This document shows, in pieces, positions 56,345-64,000 of a stretch of 64,000 bases of DNA. Made by a program: the position numbers and the translations under genes. The DNA comes from Octopus sinensis. Taxonomy: Eukaryota. The notes below the pieces were generated by a model, which was not told the DNA's origin, did not search any database, and was given only the letters and a program-made list of their open reading frames with translations. The DNA lies in assembly GCF_006345805.1 (NCBI RefSeq), contig NC_043015.1, positions 5,890,001 through 5,954,000 of the forward strand, given 5' to 3'. The first letter of the stretch is position 1, and every line of letters begins with the position of its first letter.

Positions 56345-56499
56345 ATTTTACTTTTTTTTTGTTCTTTTCTTCCCTCGAAAACCTACGCCACCCCTTTTTT
56401 TGTTTCTTTTGTTTTTTGTTTTTTTCATCCCCCAAAAGAAAAGCTCTACCTTGTAACTTGTCCCATCTGTGTGCAACCCTGTGTGGCCAATAAAGAAAC
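56339..56499 (+). mobile_element. L1/Tx1-clade LINE copy 4 (diverged subfamily, extreme 3' end)
   Basis: caaaagaaaagctctaccttgtaacttgtcccatctgtgtgcaaccctgtgtggccaataaagaaac, within degenerate (TATC)n. Confidence 0.85.
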
Positions 56500-57141
56500 T
56501 TATTTATCAATCTATCCATTTATCTACCTATCTATATGTCTGTATATCTGTCTGTCTTTCTGTTTATCTATCTTTTTATCTATCTATATATCTATCTTTC
56601 TATTTATCTATCTATCTATTTGTACGTATGTGTGTCAGACTGTGTGGCGTGTGCATCTGTCATTGTAAGTATGTATGTCTGCATCATTCTTGCATGCAAG
56701 AAAATTCACATGTGTAGTCAAAAACGATATTACGATGCATTTTCAATAGTATATATTTAAACTTCTCATTAAGAAAAGTTTATTTGATTAAGAAAAGCTC
56801 ATTTGAATTGAAGTCAAACAACAGGGGAGACATTTATGAATTCGACAATGATTCCTAATGTCCTTATCACACGTAAAATATTTATAGTGCAGATAGCGAT
56901 CTGCTCAGATTATGAACGACATTTCCATGTATGTGCAATGAGAAAAAGCAAGCAAATTTGCATGATGATCAAAATGTCTCATCTGTGAAATCAATCACAG
57001 GGAAGATTCATCAATACGTTACGACTGATATTATAGATAACATGAAAATTAAATCCATACCAAGAAACAGGAAGACGCAGAAGAAATCAATCGTAAAATG
57101 ATGACAAAAGTATAAGAATAACAATAGAAATAATAATAGCA

Positions 57142-57174
<33 letters not shown>

Positions 57175-57334
57175 TAATAATAATAATGAAACCGTTGTTT
57201 TATAACGGTATATCACGAAAGAATTGTATGCACTACATCTATGCAACTAATTTGCTTTCAGCAAACAAAAATTCCTGAATATATATGCGAATATACATAC
57301 ATATACATACATATATACGTATATATATAAATAT

Positions 57335-57387
<53 letters not shown>

Positions 57388-57390
<3 letters not shown>

Positions 57391-57531
57391 GTATGTGTGT
57401 GCGTAGTATGACATTAAATGGATTAGCATCACAAACCAGCAACTGACGATAAAAGAAAATATGACAAAAAAAGTATATGCATATATATATATATATATAT
57501 ATAAATATATGCATATATATACATATATATA

Positions 57532-57582
<51 letters not shown>

Positions 57583-57739
57583 TATATAATATATATAATG
57601 TATGTGTGTGCGTAGTATGACATTAAATGGATTAGCATCACAAACCAGCAACTGACGATAAAAGAAAATATGACAAAAAAAGTATATGCATATATATATA
57701 TATATATAAATATATGCATATATATACATATATATAGAC

Positions 57740-57800
<61 letters not shown>
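57388..57800. repeat. Near-perfect tandem duplication, period ~209 bp, with breakpoints in (TA)n
   Basis: aatgtatgtgtgtgcgtagtatgacattaaatggattagcatcacaaaccagcaactgacgataaaagaaaatatgacaaaaaaagtatatgc starts at both 57388 and 57597. Confidence 0.9.
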
Positions 57801-57805
<5 letters not shown>

Positions 57806-57981
57806 AAATCTATAACGTAGTTTGTGTTATCAGGAAATCCATAATGAATGATAGCTTTGGGGTTGGCGTAGAATCATGAGAATTATGATGAATATATATA
57901 TATATTGAATGATGATCATAATAATAAGGACAACAATAACCAAAGTTTCTATAGAAGCTATAGGATAAAATGTGGTTTTAC

Positions 57982-58023
57982 CTTCAAGCTCAGAATTTTC
58001 TCTACGGGATTGGGTACTGAGGA
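57982..58023 (-). CDS. Candidate 42-nt cassette exon (x-LSTQSRRENSELE-x), possibly part of the neuroligin gene
   Basis: Minus strand reads TTTTTTTTCTTTCTTTCAG|TCCTCAGTACCCAATCCCGTAGAGAAAATTCTGAGCTTGAAG|GTAAAA. Length is divisible by 3 and it is open in phase 1/1, which is compatible with the phase-1 acceptor at 2656. No homology evidence is available. Confidence 0.3.
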
Positions 58024-58045
58024 CTGAAAGAAAGAAAAAAAACAT

Positions 58046-58109
58046 CGGCCATCTTGAAGCTATTCTTATACATAGCATCAAGCACGGGCAACTGACATCC
58101 ACTTCCGGT
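58046..58109 (-). promoter_or_regulatory. Paired ETS/GABP-type (ACCGGAAGTG) and YY1-type (CAAGATGGCCG) motifs in a non-repetitive, locally GC-richer patch
   Basis: Plus strand shows cggccatcttg at 58046-58056 and cacttccggt at 58100-58109. The order ETS then YY1 on the minus strand is typical of metazoan TATA-less promoters. Motif match only. Confidence 0.35.
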
Positions 58110-59209
58110 TTTGCCGCAGTCATCTGACTTGACATTTTTGTCACTTCTCTTCCTTTTTTGATTGCAATAAAACCACACTCTTCGTGTCATTTCAAATTAT
58201 TAGTGATAATTTTTTTTGTAATCTTGTCTTCTCTTTATAAAATATTTCATTAAAATCTAAGACTTATTCTTATTAAATAAATGAATGATATATAATTATT
58301 TTTATAGTATGGGATGCAATTTCATTTCAATAACATTTTCTCTTACGCGCTAAAAATATTTTTTAAAATGTAATAGATTCCTTTACCATGAAGAGATCAA
58401 ATACTTTAAGCAAATAAATCACATACTTTAAATGAATTTTATTTTTCATTAGAAGTCTCTCTTCACTACAATTAAATGATAACCACCACATACTAGCCTA
58501 CACATACGATTGCATCCGTGTGGTTACGTTAATTAAATTATACTATATATATATATATGGAACCATATTCTATCTGGTTCATGCTCTTTTCTTACTCTCA
58601 TATATTCTTTTTGATATTTATCACTTGACTTTTGTTTTTTTGTTTTGATATTTTTTTCATTTCATATATATGTAACAACCTCAATTTATTGACAACCGGT
58701 GACTGAAATAATAAATAGGATTTTGAGAGAAGTTTGAGTAGAAAAGAAATCGCTTTGCCAGTGTTGAAAAAGATAGTTCATTTTTTTCATTTTTTTCTTT
58801 TTTTTTTTTGCTCGGTGAAAGATTCAGAGGTGATAACTTATATTAGAATTTCAGTGAGAGAGACAGGGAGAGATAGATATTGTTAAAGGATTCGAGGAAG
58901 AGAGAGAGTATATCCGAAATACAATATTCGGTGCGCAGGAGATTTCGTAAAAAAAAAATTCAATTCACAACATGTAAAAAAAAATATTTCTTAATCAATA
59001 TTACAAATTCACTGAAAATTCACCTCAATATCAACCTACATTTTTAAATGCCTACATATTTTTTATCCTTTCAGTAAGATCTACGTTATGGAATATATTA
59101 AAAGTGTTTTTTTTAAATATGGAAGTAGAAAGAAAGTAACAGTAACTGCCACGTGAATTTAATCTATTTTCAATTAGAAGGTTTCTAAAAATACGAATAA
59201 CAATTGATG

Positions 59210-59215
59210 CATGTA

Positions 59216-59268
<53 letters not shown>

Positions 59269-59549
59269 CGATATGTATATATACTATATATATGTATATA
59301 TTATATATATATACATATATATATAATATATATGTATATATTTATATATTATATACATATATATATAATATATATGTATATATATATATATTATATATAT
59401 ATATATTATATATATATATATATGTATATATATAGTAAATATATATTATATATGTATGTATATATATTATATATACTAAATATATATTATATATGTATGT
59501 ATATATATATATATATTATATATGTATATATATCATATACATGTGTATA

Positions 59550-59606
<57 letters not shown>

Positions 59607-59680
59607 ATATATAAACATATATGTGTATGTATTCATATATATATAACATAATTTATACTATGATATGTAATATATATATG

Positions 59681-59755
<75 letters not shown>
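59210..59755. repeat. Long degenerate (TA)n microsatellite
   Basis: Directly visible. Confidence 0.95.
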
Positions 59756-60222
59756 CATTTATGTGTATATGTGAATCTCTGCGTGAGTATGTGTGCTGTC
59801 AGGTGCTGAACGTATATGAGTCTGCGTGTATGAATGTGATTTACCTTGACTGACTTTACAAAACTGTTAAGAGTCTATCGTGCGAAATCTCAATGGAAAA
59901 CGGTAGTAAATGTCATTACTGAAAACTAATATATATTACAGTAAAATGTGTATTATAGTATTGGCTGCATAGCTCTTTCTTAGAAAATGTGTACAGAAAC
60001 ATATTTTCACAAAATCACATGTCTTCAAAATCCCATACAGTCTCGTACACGCACGCCCACACATGCACCCAAACGGCGACACATATACATACATATGTAT
60101 ACACACATGCGCGCGCACACTCGCATACAGACTAGCATACATACGTATACATACACACATATCTGTATACTTCGGCTTTACACTGCTTTACACCAAGTTG
60201 CTTATTGCCTATAACACTGTCC

Positions 60223-60254
<32 letters not shown>

Positions 60255-60650
60255 GTTTATCTATCTGTCTATTTATCTATCTAGCTAGCTATGGTAGATA
60301 GATATACCTACCAACCTAACTTGTTACATACTTTTCTATTTATTTGTATGTCTATCTATCGTTCTATCTCTCTCGCTACACATACACCCACATACCCACA
60401 CACACATACACACAATTAAATGAAATTTCAACATGGTTTTTCGTTTGTTTTGATATTTCTCAGTTTTACAATTCTACAAAAATTACATTTCATGCTAAGT
60501 CACATGTTATGTTACGTCTTATATCACAATATCTCATATAGTAAAACTCTAAAATTTTCAGAAATACATAAATACAGCGTAAAAACCTAAGCGTGTTGGA
60601 ATTCATTTTACTTACATAGTTACCCGCTGAGAATCAATCGATCTTTGTTT

Positions 60651-60940
60651 TGCCAAATAAACACACGCACTATATATTCGTATTTCAATATTTTATATGT
60701 TTATTGTCCGGAAATCTTTCGTCACACATCTGTAATGTCTTCAACGAAACTTTCCATATTCGTGTCTGTTCTTGTTCCACTTATTTCATATGAATGAAAT
60801 AAGAGGATCAAAAGCACATATAAAGGCGGTAAGTGTCTCTGAAGAGGTTACATATGTGTGACGAAAGATTTCCGGACAATGAACATGAGTTAGAATAAGT
60901 AATAAAAGAGTTAATGAAGTGCGTGTGTTTATTTGGAAAC
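60651..60940. mobile_element. Inverted pair of Penelope-like terminal repeats, each with a hammerhead motif; third partial copy at ~61096-61180
   Basis: ccaaataaacacacgcac...attgtccggaaatctttcgtcacacat.tgtaa..tcttca pairs with tgaaga..ttaca.atgtgtgacgaaagatttccggacaat...gtgcgtgtgtttatttgg. Confidence 0.7.
60834..60878 (+). ncRNA. Minimal type I hammerhead ribozyme motif with canonical core
   Basis: TGTCT-CTGAAGA-G-GTTACA(TATG)TGTGAC-GAAA-GATT-TC-CGGACA: CUGANGA and GAAA cores, 6-bp stem II, single-pair stem III. Stem I is imperfect. Confidence 0.55.
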
Positions 60941-62244
60941 ACAATATATATATATGTCATTGAGGTCGTATGATTGTCAATAGGTAAATATATAATAAAT
61001 TAAATTCTAACATACTTTAATTTTTGCATTTGTTTTTGTATCTCATAATTTTACAGCTTTACTATAATAAGATATCATGATATAAAAGGCATCATTCCGG
61101 ACAATGCGTATGACTTAGAATAAGAAAAGTTACAAGTGAGTGAAGAATGAATATATTATGTGTGTGTTTAATCGGCAAAAAAAAAAATGCTCATCCCGAC
61201 GTGCAAGATCTGTTCTAACAAACGGTTTGTCATCAGGAATCTTGCAACACAGATTCATAAACGTATATATATATATATAATAAATTAATAAATAAAACAT
61301 ATGCATATATACATACATATATGTACGTTTCTATCTAGGCAAACCCCAGACACTAAATTAATGATAAATAATTTTCATAAGGAATGTTGGCACTGATGGA
61401 AATGATTATTCTCATCTCCCACAGTCGAGCGTTGAATTTAAATACTCGAATAAATGTATAATTATAAATTTCAATAATACTTGACCCTTATCAGACATAG
61501 AATATTCGTGTATAATCTCCTAGTAATTATATTGTGTGTATTTTTATGGAACGAAATTTGGTGTGTTCTACATGAAAACCTCTGGTTTCAGTATCTTTAT
61601 CTGCTAAACTGCTACATTATATCCATATCGTATATCAAAAGAACTTAGTAATTATAGTACTACAAATTCAAAATCAAGCTTTTTGTGACAAAATTCCTCT
61701 GACTTCAGATTGCGATAATTATATAAATAACTATGTTTATCTTTGTTACTCGGAGAAATTTCATACGATTGTTTTTGTCGGCTTAGTACTTCAATGGCAT
61801 TTTTATGTTGTCAAACATGGATGACTGAAAATAAGCTTGATGTCGACTCGGTTTCAACTTTGACTTTCAACATTCCTGTATCGAGAAAAGTATTTATCAT
61901 TCAAACACTGGGTTTTTTTTCTATATTATTGCCTGAAGCCATCCCTTAAATTTAATACCTTATGCATATATAAGGAATTAATATTTATTCAGAGGGCGTT
62001 GGGTTAACTGAATCGCTAGTGTGTCAGAAGGAGAACACTTTTTGCGATATTTGTTGCGACTATTTGTAGGTTCGCAGTTTAAATCTTATCGATGTCATAT
62101 TTGGCTTTCATCATTCCCTGTTGATAAAATACATCACCAGTGATGTACTGAGTGTACGTGGAATGAAAATTACTATGCTGCTTTACCCTAAGTTATCACT
62201 CTCGGTATTTTGGTCATCTAGGTTCTTCCTTGCGACCCTTTTTA

Positions 62245-62657
62245 TTTATTTGTTGCCCACAAGGGGCTAAACAAAATGGGGACAAACAAGGACAGACAAA
62301 GGGATTAAGTCGAGTATATCGACCCCAGTGTGTAACTGGTACTTAATTCGTCGACCCCGAACTGATGAAAGGCAAAGTCGACCTCGGCGGAATTTGAACT
62401 CAGAACATAACGGCAGACGAAATACCTATTTCTTTATTACCCACAAGGGGCTAAACATAGAGGGAACAAACAAGGACAGACATAGGTATTAAGTCGATTA
62501 CATCGACCCCAGTGCGTAACTGTTACTTAATTTATCGACCCCGAAAGGATAAAAGGCAAAGTCGACCTCGGCGGAATTTGAACTCAGAACGTAATGGCAG
62601 GTGAAATACGGCTAAGCATTTCGTCCGACTTGCTAACGGTTCTGCCAGCTCGCCGCC
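62245..62657 (-). mobile_element. SINE family C head plus tandemly repeated body, with 15-bp target-site duplication
   Basis: Head at the 62657 end and two body-plus-tail units (~62245-62425, ~62428-62610). Flanked by ttgcgacccttttta at 62230-62244 and 62658-62672. Confidence 0.9.
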
Positions 62658-64000
62658 TTGCGACCCTTTTTACCCCTGCTTAACCATCAAATCTCTATTG
62701 TTGATTCTCTACGATTCGCATCTTCTAACATCACGTTGGGAAGTTCATCGGCGTGAGTGGCTTCCTCTTTTAAATGCGCGTACAAAAAGTTTTGCTCTTT
62801 GATTGGCGTGCATTATTAAGCACCTGAAGAAAGTGAACGCATTTTTTAGTGCTCTCACAAGCTTTCAATTCTATGCGCTGTGAAGGAGTTTAGCTTCAAG
62901 AGTGTCTACTTTTTTCATGGATATTATATAAATTATGTGATCCCAGCCATCGTTTTTTCTTTGTCTTTATCTTCCGCTAAATTCTACTTTTGATATTGCT
63001 TGCGCTAGTACTATGCATATATCCTCGCTTCTTTTTTCATTGAGAACTCAGTTTTCAACATGGAGACGTCTTTTAAGGCAGTAATAATGTTTTATAAATT
63101 TACTTTGCATTTTAAGTGATATGCTAGAAATGTAATGTTATTATAATGTACTAAAGAATAAGCAAGCTTCAATATATTTCGTCAAAAATTATTTTTAAAT
63201 ATCATTTGTTCATGCAGAACAAATTTAGTCGCTATGTGAGAAGAAATATTTTAAGGGATACATATAAATAGACATATATTATCAGCGACGGAGAGATTGT
63301 TACAACAGAACTTGCAGATATCGACTCCGAGAAACCAAGTAGAGGGTAAAACACCACTGGTTTACTAAATATTTATAGCGAATATGCATAATTCTCATGA
63401 TATTGACTGATTTAATTACAAACATCATTGTTCTCGAGGGTGTATAGCCATGAATTATATTTATATGCATTGTATTTTTGGTTCATATTTCGCTTGCACC
63501 AGATTTTTGGTTAATAAGTTTCTAGCAATAATCTCTGTCTCATCTCCATTTTAGATAAATAACTGAAAAGTGAGAAATTGCTCTTACGGATATGAACAAC
63601 TTGGGATTCAGTGAAATAAACTCCTTCAACCAAATATCTTACTTACCACTGAATGATATAATAGCTCCCAACAAGCAAGAGTAAACGCTGCCTAACTATG
63701 TAAACAGTGTGATAGATTTCAGTTGCTGAGGACCAACGTGCACTTTCAGTAGAAACGAGATACAATACTGTGATTCTATTTAACCATTTATTTATCCACC
63801 TTGTTAATGATGGAAAGATACAAAATAATTCTTACAGAATGCAACGTATAGCTTATATTATTTTCGTGAAATATATTTCTTGGTACAAATTTATAACTGT
63901 TATTAATAATGGTGTCTTTCGGAAATATATTTAGTTTTATGGCAATAATATATAGTTTTGACGGTTAAAATTTTCATGGATGGATAATAAATTCTGCATT

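Overview
AT-rich eukaryotic genomic DNA dense in microsatellites and transposon remnants. The SINE, Helitron and Penelope-like repeat families look like those of a coleoid cephalopod, most likely Octopus (inferred from recognised repeats, not from a search). The only well-supported host coding sequence is one 787-nt internal exon of a neuroligin (cholinesterase-like adhesion molecule) on the minus strand at 1870-2656, with canonical splice sites in the phases conserved in neuroligins. The rest appears to be intron of that gene. It holds three tRNA-derived SINE families, CR1-group LINE remnants, mariner/Tc1 remnants, a Tc1-type MITE, non-autonomous Helitrons, and Penelope-like terminal-repeat remnants with minimal hammerhead-ribozyme motifs. 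Three observations stand out. (1) An L1/Tx1-clade retrotransposon has four copies, all inside (TATC)n microsatellites and all ending at nearly the same junction with no poly(A) tail, suggesting a GATA-repeat-targeting element; one copy has a 74-bp fold-back 5' end. (2) A candidate 42-nt phase-1/phase-1 exon at 57982-58023 would splice in frame onto the neuroligin exon at the position of vertebrate splice site B. (3) Several variant minimal hammerhead ribozymes are present. Nearly all ORFs in the supplied track are microsatellite translation artefacts.
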